Below the pieces are notes generated by a model, which was not told the DNA's origin, searched no databases, and worked only from the letters and a program-made list of their open reading frames with translations. This document shows, piece after piece, positions 1 through 13,188 of a stretch of 64,000 bases of DNA (its first letter is position 1; the number at the start of each line of letters is the position of its first letter). Location: positions 35,402,001 through 35,466,000 of the forward strand of contig OZ024750.1 in assembly GCA_964016885.1 (NCBI GenBank). The letters run 5' to 3'. The translations under genes and the position numbers were made by a program. The stretch is from Eledone cirrhosa. Its lineage: Eukaryota.

Positions 1-310
1 TACTGATTTTATTATAGGCGTACCTGCCTATCCCACATGTATTACTGGTTGGTTGACTGTATTACTGATTATAGTATAGGAGTACCTGCCTATCCCACAT
101 GTATTACTGGTTGGTTGACTGTAATACTGATTTTATTATAGGCGTACCTGCCTATCCCACATGTATTACTGGTTGGTTGACTGTAATACTGATTTTATTA
201 TAGGCGTACCTGCCTATCCCACATGTATTACTGGTTGGTTGACTGTAATACTGATTTTATTATAGACGTACCTGCCTATCCCACACATATTACTTGTTAG
301 CTGTCTGATT
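1..310. repeat. 62-bp minisatellite, about 5 copies, runs off the window start
   Basis: Unit TACTGATTTTATTATAGGCGTACCTGCCTATCCCACATGTATTACTGGTTGGTTGACTGTAA restarts at 1, 63, 125, 187 and 249. Confidence 0.95.
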
Positions 311-955
311 ATTTTATAGGAACACCTACCTGCTCCAGGTAGGCTGACTGTATAACTGAGTATATTATAGGAGGACCTGTCTACCTTACATCTATCTTCA
401 AGTTAGTTACTTGACTTAGACATAGGCAGTGTTTTACAACCAGATGCCGTTCTTGATACCAACCCTTTCAGTCACTTCTTACAACATGCAGGGATATTGC
501 ATACCTTATTTCAAGCCAGATACACATATGTATAGAATAAATTGTTTTATTCTATGTGTTATAGCAACAACAAATGACTAAACGAATATTTGATTTTATG
601 AGTTAGGTGCAGGTAGTGTATTCCTTAAGACACTCCGCAAATTTACTTTAGACACACACAAAAGAATTATAAATAAGATACAAATACAACTAAGAAATAA
701 GTTTGGTTATTTGGAAGCCCAACAATGAGTGTTTGGTAAAAATGTCAAAGTAATAAAAATTCAAAGAATAAAAAGAACACAGTGCAGTAAAGTAAAAGAG
801 TCATGATGATAGAAAATTACTTTTACAATTTTTTCATGATCAGAAATATTTTTGAATTTTTCATCCTTTATGAAGAGTATTCCGTAGGGGGGGGGGGGGG
901 GGGGGGGGGGGCTCATAGACAAACTTGAGACAAATGACATGGGCGGCTGTTCGAT

Positions 956-1148
956 TTAACCATTTAACATTTACATTACTCTATATTTACTATTGTATTT
1001 TCTATGGAATCTATGAGATTTTGATATTATTTATTTTTAGAACAATACATTAATACATTAGTAAAAGCAACCAGTTACAGGTATTTTGAACAGAAAGAGG
1101 TGAGAGAATTCTGGCTGGATATGGCCAGTTTAAATGCTAAAGGGTTAA
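956..1148 (-). mobile_element. TTAA-flanked MITE (piggyBac-type non-autonomous), copy 1
   Basis: TTAA-CCATTTAACATTTA...TAAATGCTAAAGGG-TTAA termini; internal sequence is the reverse complement of the copies at 44119 and 61903. Confidence 0.75.
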
Positions 1149-1473
1149 TAATGAATAAATAAATGGCACTTAGTATGCAATATGCCAAAAAATTTGTGGA
1201 AATATACTGACAGTTTCAAGCTATTAGATCTCATCTGCCCTGTACACCCTATATATCACATTGTGATGACAAGTATTATTACTAGAGTATTTGGCTAGAA
1301 GCTTGGTTGCTAAATTACTTGTGGAAATCTGTTGTATATGGAACAAAGTTAATTTTCTTGAGGAAAATTGAGTTGCATCCAATATGGTTTCACAATAGAA
1401 ATAACATTGCATTAATCCTTCTTTCACTGGCCTAAATAAAATGTGCAAGATTTTGACTTTTGTAATCCTAAAT

Positions 1474-1853
1474 TGTGTTTGTTTGTGTGTGTGCGTGTGT
1501 GTGAGAGAGATTGTGTGTGTGTGAATGTGTGCATGTGTGAGAGAGAGTGTGTTTGTGTGTGTGTGCATGTGTCTATGTGTGAGAGAGAGAGTGTGTGTGT
1601 GAGAGAGAGAGAGTGTGTGTGTGTATGTGTGCATGTGAGAGAGAGAGAGAGTGTGTGTGTGTGTGTATGAATGTGTGCATGTGTCTATGTGTGAGAAAGA
1701 GAGAGAGTGTGTGTGTGTGTGTGTGTGTATGTGTGTGAGAGAGATTGTGTGTGTGTGTGTGTGTGCATGTGTGTGTGTGAATGTGTGCATGTGTCTATGT
1801 GTGAGAGAGAGAGAGAGTGTGTGTGTGAGAGAGAGTGAGTGTGCGTACGCGTG
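1474..1853. repeat. compound (GT)n/(GA)n microsatellite
   Basis: Direct reading. Confidence 0.95.
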
Positions 1854-2399
1854 AATAATGACTCTGAAAGGAAATCAAAATAACCTCATTTATCATGAAG
1901 GCTTTTGAATTGCTAAGGTGAATGTATTATTAGTCTTTTATAACAGCTTCTATTTTTTCCCCCCAAAGTTAACTGAGCTAGTTGTTTTAACAACTCTGGA
2001 AATTTGTACATTGTTTAAACAAGTATTTTTCAGCTTGATATCTTTCCAGCTGCTAACTACTTATATGTGATGTAAAATATTTTTGTTCTGATCTTCTAAA
2101 TCTCTAAAAGTCACACAAAGCTTCTATTTTTATATTAGTTAAATTGGTTTCTACCATGTGATATTATTTGATAAAGCTAATTCAGTTTTCTCTGTTAGTC
2201 TTCCAGAATCAGCAAATATTGCTTTCATATATTGTTGCTAGGGTAATATTCAAATAATAAGGAAATAAATCCATCCAGCTGTTAGATTTCCACATGTATA
2301 TTCTGGATAATTCTATCTTCTTTTGACTCTTTATCAAATTTTTCCTCTTGATTCTGCACATAAACTTAACCCTTTTGTGACTAAATTTCATTTACAAAA

Positions 2400-2615
2400 G
2401 AGTTATTGCATAACTGATTAAGGACAGAATTATGCTACATGAGATGCAGTTTGGTTTTATGCCAAGAGGAGCTACTACTGATATGCTCATTCTCATGAGA
2501 CAACTGCAGTAGAAGTACTTATCTAAGAGAAAGTCTCTTTATCTAGCGTTCATGACTTGTAGAGAACCTTTGACAGGCTTTTCTGCTCTCTAATATACTG
2601 GGAAATTAGTTGTAG
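2400..2615 (+). mobile_element. degenerate RTE LINE RT fragment
   Basis: Translates with stops to QLIKDRIMLHEMQFGF..TTD..MRQLQ*KYLSKRKSLYLAF, matching the RT region of the 57999 ORF (RERIDLDEMQFGF..VRQLQEKYLAKSKPLYLAF). Confidence 0.8.
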
Positions 2616-2812
2616 GAAATGTTGTTGTGTATTCTATTTTTTTGTGTATGAAGGGCCACTCCAAACCTGAAGTGCCCTGGCCCCCCCAAGGTCTAAATCC
2701 AACCCTGAGGTAGAGCTCTAACAGAACTAACCACAGCCTCTGCTGTTTCTGTCCTCTACGCATTAACAGAGAAGTTTAAACCAGCCAAAGCATCTACAGT
2801 TTGTATGCTGTC

Positions 2813-3230
2813 TCTAACAATGTACTACACATGTAGTAAAGAGACTCAACTCTAACAATGTACTACACATGTAGTAAAGAGACTCAACTCTAACAATGCA
2901 CTACACATGTAGTAAAGAGACTCATCTCTAACAATGTACTACACATGTAGTAAAGAGACTCAACTCTAACAATGCACTACACATGTAGTAAAGAGACTCA
3001 TCTCTAACAATGTACTACACATGTAGTAAAGAGACTCAACTCTAACAATGTACTACACATGTAGTAAAGAGACTCAACTCTAACAATGTACTACACATGT
3101 AGTAACGAGACTCAACTCTAACAATGTACCACACATGTAGTAAAGAGACTCAACTCTAACAATGTAGCACACATGTAGTAAAGAGACTCAACTCTAACAA
3201 TGTAGCACACATGTAGTAAAGAGACTCAAC
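2813..3230. repeat. 38-bp minisatellite, about 11 copies
   Basis: Unit TCTAACAATGTACTACACATGTAGTAAAGAGACTCAAC with an internal TACTAC-ACAT-GTAGTA inverted repeat. Confidence 0.95.
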
Positions 3231-3252
3231 TGTAAATGGAATATCTTTCTAA

Positions 3253-4045
3253 CTGTTGATATGTACCCAGGTATGGTTATATAGCTGGGTATTTCTGTTG
3301 ACATGTACCCTGGTGTGGTTATATAACTGGGTATTTCTGTTGATATGTACCTGGGGTGGTTATATAGCTGGGTATTTCTGTTGACATGTACCCTGGTGTG
3401 GTTATATAGCTGGGTATTTCTGTTGATATGTACCCTGGTGTGGTTATATAGCTGGGTATTTCTGTTGATATGTACCTGGTGTGGTTATATAGCTGGGTAT
3501 TTCTGTTGACATGTACCCTGGTGTGGTTATATAGCTGGGTATTTCTGTTGACATGTACCCTGGTGTGGTTATATAGCTGGGTATTTCTGTTGATATGTAC
3601 CTGGTGTGGTTATATAGCTGGGTATTTCTGTTGATATGTACCCTGGTGTGGTTATATAGCTGGGTTTTTCTGTTGATATGTACCTTGGTGTGGTTATATA
3701 GCTGGGTATTTCTGTTGATATGTACCCTGGTGTGGTTATATAGCTGGGTTTTTCTGTTGATATGTACCCTGGTGTGGTCATATAGCTGGGTATTTCTGTT
3801 GATATGTACCCTTATGTGGTTATATAGCTGGGTATTTCTGTTGATATGTACCCTGCTGTGGTTATATAGCTGGGTATTTCTGTTGATATGTACCCTTATG
3901 TGGTTATATAGCTGGGTATTTCTGTTAATATGGACCCTGATGTGGTTATATAACTGGGTAGTTCTGTTGATATGTACCCTGATGTGGTTATATAGCTGGG
4001 TATTTCTGTTGATATGTACACTGGTGTGTTTATATAGCTGGGTGT
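3253..4045. repeat. 42-bp minisatellite, about 19 copies
   Basis: Unit CTGTTGATATGTACCCTGGTGTGGTTATATAGCTGGGTATTT; explains the periodic ORFs at 3569-4096. Confidence 0.95.
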
Positions 4046-4846
4046 CTCATGTTTTAAGCAGTAGAAGTAGTGAATATTCTTGAAATATTTAATCAATTTG
4101 CAATAATATTGTTGTAAATATGGACAAGAGAAAAAAAGAAACTTGTGTGAGGAAAATCAGAAAGCTAAAAATACCGTCTAGTAAATCACAAGCAAAAAAA
4201 TCTGTCTACAAATTATATCTTTTTATTTACATAAAGTTAGCGGAATATTATTACATAGAAAAAATAATGGCCACAGTCTAATGACTGAAAAGTGTAAGAG
4301 AAAGAATAAACTAAACCACACAATAACTCTGACATTAATTACAATAAAAGTAATGTAATGTGGTGGATATTTCTGTTTTGGTATAAGTAATAATGAATGC
4401 TAGGCTAAATGATAAATACTTTGAGAAAAACATAATTCTTTTGTATCCAAAAAACATGTAATAATTCATGCCTTATAGAGAAACTCTAGTAAATAAAACT
4501 GTTGGTGAGAATGATGAGAAAAAGATAGGAATTGAATCTGACTGACTTAGAGCTGGGAAGAATTTCAGAGCTTCTTCAAAGTCTTAACACTTTTTATTGG
4601 GTTTTGTAACTTTCTGTCGTGTGACCAAAAAGGTTCTAGAATATTCTAAATTAATTAGGAGGTTGAATCTAAGATTTTCATGTGGCATTTGACAGATTGA
4701 AGTATTTAATGAAAGGGCAGTAAACAAAGGTAAACATGTATCATTTAAAGAGAGAGAAAGAGAGAAAGAGAGAAAGAGAGAAAGAGACAGAGAGGGACAC
4801 ACACATAGATAGAGAGGAGATGGAGGAAGAGAGGATATATATGTGA

Positions 4847-4906
<60 letters not shown>

Positions 4907-4993
4907 GCGGACTGGGTCTAAAAATATTGGTTACCAGGAGATAAAGGGGGCCCACCAACATAGAGCATGTTATCATTTAATTTTTATTATGTA

Positions 4994-5856
4994 CTAGCAG
5001 TAAAGCCCGGCGTTGCTCGGGGTCGCTCAGTAGCTGTGTTAAAGTTACAATGTTAAGTTTCTTTCTTGGCTTAAAAACTGTAGTGTCTACTGTGCAGACT
5101 TGCATGTGGTATTTTTGATTAATATTCCCTCAACCAACAATATGCCTTATGAAGTTAAGAAAACATAACGATAATCCGAATGTTATAACAAAAGAGGATG
5201 CTGGGGATAGAAACTGCACTGGTTATTTATTAACAAAGATCGAAAATGTAAACACTGCAACGCAGAGAAAAACATTAGCGTAACCAAATTATCAGTTATG
5301 TCTGTCTGCACGCCTATATCACCTCTCTGCACGACTATCTGTCTGCACGCCTATATCACCTCTCTGCACGACTGTCTGTCTGCACGACTGTCTGTCTGCA
5401 CGCCTAACGACGAAATATTTGCTTGTTTTACGTAGTCTTTAAATAGACTTGTTTTCAAGTAAAAATATTGTTTTAAAATGCTTTTAAATGGAAATGAAGC
5501 AAAACGGAAGCTTAGTGTTCGAACTGATGAATTTTGCAGGTCAATATTTTGCTGGCTCGACTATTGTGTTAATGTCATTTTAAACGCTGAGAAAGCCAGC
5601 GTAATTTTTTACGTAAGACGCTCAATGTAAACAGAACAAAGGGAAATAACTGATCACTTACGCTCAAAAATCGATACATTATATTCGATTTCGTCACATA
5701 GGGTGGGTCAATTTGAAATTTTTTTTTTCCGATGTCTTTGCTAGGGCTCAATGTACAAGTATAGCAATTTCGGTGCAATTCCGTGAGAGATTCTAAGAGG
5801 AGATGTGTGCCAAAAATCGATAGACAGACAGACAACCACAGTTTTATATATATAGA
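4994..5856 (-). mobile_element. non-autonomous Helitron
   Basis: The minus strand begins A|TC (5856) and ends CTAG|T (4994), with a GC hairpin (CCCGGCGTTGCTCGGG, about 5006-5021) about 10 nt from the end; there is no TSD; (ACAG)n lies near the 5' end and there are internal ~37-bp tandem repeats at 5299-5406. Confidence 0.8.
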
Positions 5857-5956
5857 TAAATAAATAACATTTTTAAAAAATACATAAGTGAAAACAAAGC
5901 AGTGCCAACATAGTTTTGTGGGAAAATGTGTATTTTTTACTAATTATAGTGTATAT

Positions 5957-6292
5957 AGGCAGATGGCTTAGTGGTTAGAGCATTGGCCTTGCAATCGAAA
6001 GGTTGTGAGTTCAATTCTCAGACCGGGTGATGTGTTGTTTCCTTGAGCAAGACACTTTATTTCACATTGCTCCAGTTTACTCAGCTGTAGAAATGAGATG
6101 ATAGGGCCTGGGGTCCATATCATTCCACTGCAAAGTGGACGTGTAGGCGCCACAGAAAAAAAGCACCCAGCACTCACTGTAAATGAGGTTGGTGTTAGGA
6201 AGGGCATCCAGCTGTAGAAATGAAGCCAGAATCAGTTCCCGTCCCACCCTTGCAAGCAGGGAAAAGCGGACGTAAAATGATGATGATGATGA
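5957..6292 (+). mobile_element. tRNA-derived SINE family A (CORE-like body, RTE-type tail)
   Basis: A-box TGGCTTAGTGG, B-box GAGTTCAATTC, CORE-like TTCCTTGAGCAAGACACTT; the tail GGTTGGTGTTAGGAAGGGCATCC...CGGACGTAAAA(TGA)n is shared with the LINE 3' end at 59880-60050. Confidence 0.85.
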
Positions 6293-6634
6293 TATGTATA
6301 TATATATATATATATATATGAGTGTGTGTCTGTGTTCATGTATGTATGCATGCATGAATGAATACAGTTAGAGCTATCATATAATTTGGTTTCTATTAAT
6401 TCCCTAGGAAATTGTTTGACCAAATGCTTTGCTTATTTGTTTATTTATTGGGCAACCGTGTGCTGGTGACTCTACGGCTCCACAAGGAGTTATGGGATCT
6501 TTATCTTTATCCTCTTCTATCATTGCTTGGGGGAAGTAGCAGCTGGTATATTCTCCCTAGTCAAGTCCATTTTGCTCTCCTCCATCATGCCAACCACCAA
6601 GAACCAATTATGTTGTCCAGTAATAAACTGGACA

Positions 6635-6673
<39 letters not shown>

Positions 6674-7004
6674 GGGGAGTCACACTGTACTCCACGAGAA
6701 CCACTTGAGGGTGTACACTAATAAACTAGACAGTACACAGAGAGAGGGGGGGAGTCACACTGTGCCCTACCGGAATCTAGGGGTGTACAGTAACAGACTA
6801 GACAGTGGAAAGAGAGAGAGAGAGAGAATGTGGGTGTACAGTGATAGACTGGACATTTGAGAGAAAAGAGAGAAACATGAAAACTTTCATAAGGAGCCCC
6901 ACACCATTGATTCAGCATGATGTATTGGGCAGTATGATCATTAATTAGTTGAAGACGTGTATAACAGGGAAGATATATCTATGGAACATATCTTGACCTT
7001 CAAG

Positions 7005-7520
7005 CTCTGTCACACAATTGCTGTCACACAGCTACTAGGTTAAGGCTGACCTCTGTCTGTCATATAACTGCTGATCCAGGGCTGACCTCTGTCACACAAC
7101 TGCTGGATCCAAACTGACCCCTGTCACACAACTGCTGGGTCAAGGCTGACCTCTGTCACACAACTGCTGGATCAAAACTGACCCCTGTCACACAACTGCT
7201 GGGTCAAGGCTGACCTCTGTCACACAACTGCTGGGTCAAGGCTGACCTCTCTGTCACACAGCTACTAGGTCAAGGCTGACTTCTCTGTCACACAGCTACT
7301 AGGTCAAGGCTGACCTCTCTGTCACACAGCTACTAGGTCAAGGCTGATATCTCTGTCATACAGCTCCTGAGTCAAGACTGACCTCACTGTCACACAACTA
7401 CTGAGTCAAGACTGACCTCTGTCTCTCATACAGCTCCTGGGTCAAGACTTTCCTGTCATACAACTGCTGGGTCAAAGCCGACTTCTATATATCATACAGC
7501 TCAAAGGTCAAGGCTAACCG
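7005..7520. repeat. ~32-34-bp degenerate minisatellite, about 15 copies
   Basis: Unit approximately CTGTCACACAACTGCTGGGTCAAGGCTGACCT. Confidence 0.9.
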
Positions 7521-8094
7521 AAGGCTACACAACAACAATAACAACAACATCGCCACTTTCACTAAATACATCATATGAGACTCTATCTCTCTATAACCAT
7601 TGTGTTTCTGTCTATTAGTGATCTTTATATTTTATATTGATTCATACCTCTCCACTGAATATAACATATAATAACTAATAATTATCTACTTTTGTTACAT
7701 CATACAGTAACTGTTATCCTTGTATTGATTAGAACATATAGTTGTAGTTACATACATATAACATATTTAATGTAGTATATAGAAATTATAGGATTACAGC
7801 ATTTGAGCATTGATTAAAGCTTCTAATCATTTAATATACAACTTATTATTAGTTCTGCAAGCTGGAATGGTTCTTCCAGCGCGTCTTCTTCACCATCCTC
7901 CGGGGAAACATCTTCTCTATTCTATCTGCCAGAGCCACAAGGTGGCCAGTGCGTGGGGCCCCCAATTGCTCATAATAGTGAGAGATGGGGAAAGTAGGAG
8001 AGATGGGGAAAGTGGGAGAGATGGAGTTAGTGACTGTGAGAGTTTGGGTCCATTGTGTTTGGACCACATTTTATTCACCCGCTTTCCTGCTTTC

Positions 8095-8260
8095 TCAGTT
8101 CAATCTCGCTGAGGTCAACCTTTCTTTTCATCCATTCGAGGTCGTTAAAAAAAAGTACCAGTCTAGTATTGGGGTCGATCCTTCCTCTCCCTCCCCCCTC
8201 TCTCTCTCTCTCTGGCAGAAATCTGCTCAGTTCAGATCTGAAGAGATGGACTTCACCATT
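8095..8260 (+). mobile_element. degenerate SINE family B-related fragment
   Basis: GAGGTCAACCTTTCTTTTCATCCATTCGAGGTCGTTAAAAAAAAGTACCAG; a similar copy lies at 43620-43790. Confidence 0.6.
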
Positions 8261-8599
8261 TTTTTTTTTTAATTCCTGAGAAACACCATATGCCACAAAA
8301 GTGCCAGTACAAGTCCCTTGGGAGTTTGGGATTGACCCTTAAAATTGAATTTACATTGAGTGGCAGAATGCTCTTCTGTGTGATTGGTTGGAAATCTAAT
8401 TGGCAGTGAATTAACCATCACAAAGAGAATTCTTAACTTGCATGTCTTTAACCAATTATACTTGACCCTTACCAGAAAACAAATTCAATCCCTTTACTAA
8501 AGCCAGGCTATCCCTTCTAAAACCCACAAAATACCAATTTCATATTTGTTTGTTTATATACATAAATTGCTCTCTTGTTTTACATCTAATTCTCCGCCT

Positions 8600-9200
8600 C
8601 CCTAAACATACATACACCATGAAATAAAGATACCCATATATACACATCACATGCACACATACACTCACCACATACATATATACCATACACACATACACAC
8701 ACCACATACATATATACCATACACACATACACACACCACATACATATATAAACATCCACATACATATATACACACATACACACACCACATACACATATAC
8801 ACACATACACTCACCACATACATATATACCATACACACAATACACACACCACATACATATATAAACATCCACATACATATATACACACATACACACACCA
8901 CACACATATACATATATACACACATACACACACCACACACACATACATATATACACACATACACACACCACATACATATATAAAAATCACATACATATAT
9001 ACACACATACACACACCACACACATATACATATATACACACATACACACACCACACACATATACATATATACACACATACACACACCACATACATATATA
9101 AACATCCACATACACATATATACACACCACATACATATACACACACTAGTCACACCACATGCACAAACACACACACACACACACAAATACACACAACCAC
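8600..9200. repeat. compound CA/TA-rich microsatellite
   Basis: Direct reading. Confidence 0.95.
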
Positions 9201-9214
9201 ACCTACTTAAACCA

Positions 9215-9550
9215 CTTCATCATCATCATCATCATCGTTTAACGTCCGTGTTCCATGCTTGCATGGGTTTGGACGGGAGTTTTCCCACTTGAGGCAAGAG
9301 TGGTTGTCTTGCTTGCATAGGACTGTCTGGCGGGTTTTCTACAGTTGGATGCCCTTCCTAACACCAACCACATTTACAGTGTGGGACTGGGAGGTTTTTA
9401 CCGTGTTGCCTACACGGCCACATTACAGCGTGGACTGTCTGGCAGGTTTTCTACAGCTGGATGCCCTTCCTAACACCAACCACATTTACAGTGTGGGACT
9501 GGGACGTTTTTACCGTGTTGCCTACACGGTCACATTACAGCGTGGACTTA
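9215..9550 (-). mobile_element. RTE LINE 3' UTR/tail with an internal duplication
   Basis: Reverse complement of 59830-60050; an ~110-bp segment is present twice; (CAT)n tail. Confidence 0.85.
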
Positions 9551-9654
9551 ATTATAATAAATCAACCATCAAACCCAGCTAGACATATACACATACACAT
9601 GCACATAGACATACACATGCACACAACCACACACATTTAAGCTACCCAGTTAAG

Positions 9655-10440
9655 ACCAATGGAAGAATTTCAGGGAGCTACTGCCACTGCTAGCTGCAAA
9701 AGGCTGTTCCCTCAAAATGAAAGGCAGACTGTATGATGCGTCAATGTTGCATGGAAGTGAAACCTGGGCGCTGTCTGTTGAAGACTTGCACAGATTAGAA
9801 AGAAACGAAGCCTGCATGCTCTGATGGATGTGTAATAGTAATATACGCGAACAGCAAAGCATAAATGATTTGAGAGAGAGACTGAGCATAAGAGAAATCA
9901 AATGCTGTGTGCAGGAGAGGTGGTTGCGTTGGTATGGACATGTGATGTGTAGGAAGGATGACAGCTGCATAAAAAGGTGCAGAGCACTAGAAGTCGATGG
10001 AAACCGCGGAGTGGGGAGACCCAAGAAGACCTTACCCAATTGCACCTCTCAAAGGCGATGAGATGGCACACGACCGTGACCTCTGGCATTACACAGTAAT
10101 ACAGAGTACCCGACCTCCCATGGGTACAAGCTGAAGCTGAAGCATATAGACAATATGCCCCCACACCCTCCCACTGCAAAGTGGTCGTGGAGGTGCCACG
10201 GCAAAAAAGCACCCAGCCCACACTGTAAAGTGGACGTGTAGGCACCATGGAAAAAAAGCACCCAGCACTCACTGTAAATGAGGTTGGTGTTAGGAAGGGC
10301 ATTCATCTGTAGAAATCAAGCCAGAATCAGTTCCTGTATGAGCAAGACAAGGTCAGCCGACCAGACACTGCCCACAACAGGACAACCCGTCTAACCCATG
10401 CTAGCGTGGAAGAACGGACGTAAAAACGGTGATGATGATG
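9655..10440 (+). mobile_element. 5'-truncated RTE LINE (C-terminal ORF2 plus 3' UTR), second subfamily
   Basis: WKNFRELLPLLAAKG..KGRLYDA..MLHGSETWAL..RWYGHV..GRPKKT followed by the shared tail module and (GAT)n. Confidence 0.9.
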
Positions 10441-10629
10441 ACACACAGACAGAGGTGCTGGCCACTTTTTTTCCATCTCCAGAGGTATTTTACCCAGTTT
10501 TCTAAGCTATTATTTAAAGCAATATACTGTTGTTACAGTTACTTTCTGTATTTGGGATTCCCACATTTTCAAATTTCAAATCACTCAGCATTACAATTAT
10601 CTATATGTACGTAGACACACACACACAGG

Positions 10630-10950
10630 ACACTTCAGTTGTGTCAAGGACATGACAGCCTCCCTAGTGTTTGGGGTTCTACACGATAAACACACCCAGT
10701 AGATGTTGTAAAGAGGTTGGTAATAGGAAGGGCATCCAGCAATAGAAAGCTTGCCAAACAAAGGGTCAGTATTGCCCTTTGTTGTGTCAAAGACTTGACA
10801 ACCTCTCTTGTGCATTCAGTGGAATGTGGGACCGTACATAAGCAAGTCACAGATCCTGTCATGTCTCGGAGATCAGTGGCTCCACTTCAGTACTGACTTG
10901 GTTTGTGTAGACCTGCCTAGCCCTTGCTAGCAGGGAAAGCGGATGTTTCT
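10630..10950 (+). mobile_element. diverged RTE-tail/SINE fragment
   Basis: GGTTGGTAATAGGAAGGGCATCCAGC...CCCTTGCTAGCAGGGAAAGCGGATGTT. Confidence 0.6.
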
Positions 10951-11190
10951 CCCTCAGTTCATACATGCTTTGTTGTTCTTGCACACATATATATATAGTA
11001 TACAATATAGTATACAATATAGTATACAATATTGTATTAAATTACTCTGATATCTCTAAAATTATATTGCAAAACTTCATTAATCACATTGAGAGAAAAA
11101 ATATCTGGTAAGCTGTTCTTTCACTCTTATTTACATAATCATTCTACACAAATGCAATTTTACAAACATAAAGTGAAAACTCCTTTATTT

Positions 11191-11254
<64 letters not shown>

Positions 11255-11260
<6 letters not shown>

Positions 11261-11390
11261 AAATATTTAAGTATCGTGAGAGAGAAGAAGAGGTTTAAAG
11301 GGATAAGCGATACATATAGTACGTAGTTGCTTTTATATAAACATGTTCTGACAGTATATATTCTCTTTTGTAATCCTTTCATTTGTATAT
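11255..11390. mobile_element. rearranged short element between (TA)n tracts, same family as 31428-31660
   Basis: AATATTTAAGTATCG..GATAAGCGATACATAT matches 31435-31478 directly; the following GTACGTAG..TATATAAACATGTT matches 31620-31650 in inverted orientation. Confidence 0.6.
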
Positions 11391-12353
11391 ATATATATAT
11401 ATCCTCAGTTTTTAAAGTATACTCTGATAATTCCTTGAGCGATATCAAAATATCTCATCTTAAAAGAGAGAATTTGTTAGAACCATCTCCCCAGATAAAA
11501 AGACATCTGAGCATGGTTTATCATTCAGAAATCTTTCTAGTCTTAACATTTACCAATGATGAATAAGTCAAATCACTTAAAAGAAAAGTTCATAGTTTTG
11601 TTTGAAACAGAATAAAACATGCAAATGTCAAGACTATGAAAAGGAATAAAATTATTACAATTTCATTCTCACATTTGTCATTTATCTTACATATCTCCAC
11701 ATAATGCATTGTTTAGAATGTAAACATGATTTAATTTTAGCTTAACCAAACAATGAATTTAATTTAAATGTTTTTCGGTATTAAATGGAAACCAAAAAAA
11801 CAATTTCAAATTCAGAGTATAACTTTCCTGATATTGAATTATTTGAATTAATTATACTTAATTTTTTTGTTAATTTCATTTTAAGCAATTAATCAAATAA
11901 TATATATATCATGAAGATTTCATTCAAAGCGCAATTATTTGTTAAACTTACTTCAAACCTAGATTTTAAAAGTGTGAACTTTTAATGAAAAATATCACAA
12001 ATTTTTCTATTTAAAAGCACATTAAACATTTTCTTTTTTGGGTAATTTCAATATATTTTTCTAATGATGAAAATCTGAAACTAATTAAAGATATTTAGCT
12101 ATTAGAATCCAGTACTTTTACTTTATCTTTTCAAAAAATTTGCATTGAAAATTGAAATGATGCTATTTTTTTTTCTTTTTCAATGTAACTGTGTTTGTAG
12201 TGTATACAATTTGTTTGCACATTAATTTAGAGGCAAACTAAATGTATGGAGAGTAAAAGATTTTAGGAAACATTTTTCAGCTAGTAAAATATATTGAAGT
12301 AACGGAAATGCATTCCTTTGTATATATGTGCCATTATATAATGACAGTTTTTC

Positions 12354-12392
<39 letters not shown>

Positions 12393-12409
12393 ATATGTAC
12401 ACATACATC

Positions 12410-12655
12410 ATCATCGTCATAATCAGTTTAATGTCTGTTTTTCCATACTTACATACAAGCCGGCTGTGAGATTCAGTGATTTCAGATCAGCTCTCATGGC
12501 CTCTGCCCTGGTCTTCTTTGGTCCTTGTCTACTGTAGCTCTCTTCCATTGAGATTTCTTGGTACTTCTTCACCCAATGATCATCATCCATACAGATCACA
12601 TGAAACTCACCGAGGAGATGACGAAGGAAGATGTAAAATGATGAGGATGATGATG
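12410..12655. mobile_element. degenerate RTE 3' fragments
   Basis: The minus strand gives DDDHWVKKYQEISMEES..GPKKT..MRADLKSLNLT, with (CAT)n/(GAT)n tails. Confidence 0.6.
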
Positions 12656-12934
12656 TGTGTGTGAGAGTGTGTGTATTTAATGTAAATCTGTGTGCACATG
12701 CATATGCTTGTGTATATATATGCCCACATATATAGACATGCTTACTGGTTTCCTGCAATACAGAAATATTGATATGAATAAGTGTAAATATTTAAAAAGC
12801 ATTTGATAAAACATATTGGCAGATTGTCTGGCTCACATGAGGAAGATATTTATTGAATAAATAAGATTACATTCTAGAAAGAAACAGTGAAAAAATAGGA
12901 AAAAACATCGAAAGTTTGTCCCGAATCCAATGTT

Positions 12935-13188
12935 TCATTAGGCTGGTGCTTATTCTGGTTTCCGTGGCATTAAGTGACTGAGAGTACAAGACCCCTTCGG
13001 GACAGGACACCTGTTCATCACAGGATTAAACCTCCAGCTATTGCTGGTACTCATTTTCATCTGAGTATACAGGAGCAATATGAAATGAAGTGTTTTACTC
13101 AAGAACGTACAACCCAGTCAAGGAATCAAACCCATGACATTATTATTGTAAGTCCAATAACCTTACCACTTGGCCACTCACCTCCACA
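12935..13188 (-). mobile_element. old tRNA-derived CORE-like SINE with a different tail
   Basis: Minus strand GGAGGTGAGTGGCCAAGTGGTAAGG..GGTTTGATTCC..TTCTTGAGTAAAACACTTCATTTCATATTGCTCC. Confidence 0.7.

Noticed and set aside
887-911. G25 run (and G19 at 41331-41349) as functional G-quadruplexes
   Set aside because: The second is an expansion of GGGG inside a SINE; homopolymer slippage or sequencing error is sufficient explanation
3569-4096. Periodic ORFs (WLYSWVFLLICTLV / TTPGYISTEIPSYI repeats) as a repeat protein
   Set aside because: They are translations of a 42-bp minisatellite with frame-breaking 41-bp units and no unique coding flanks
5957-6030. tRNA genes at SINE heads
   Set aside because: A/B boxes are present but there is no complete acceptor stem and the sequence continues into the SINE body in every copy
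8238-8290. CTGAAGA-GATGG..CCATT hammerhead candidate
   Set aside because: No GAAA after the stem; it lies in a SINE-related tail. CTGATGA at 5524, 19811 and 48921 likewise lack the remaining elements
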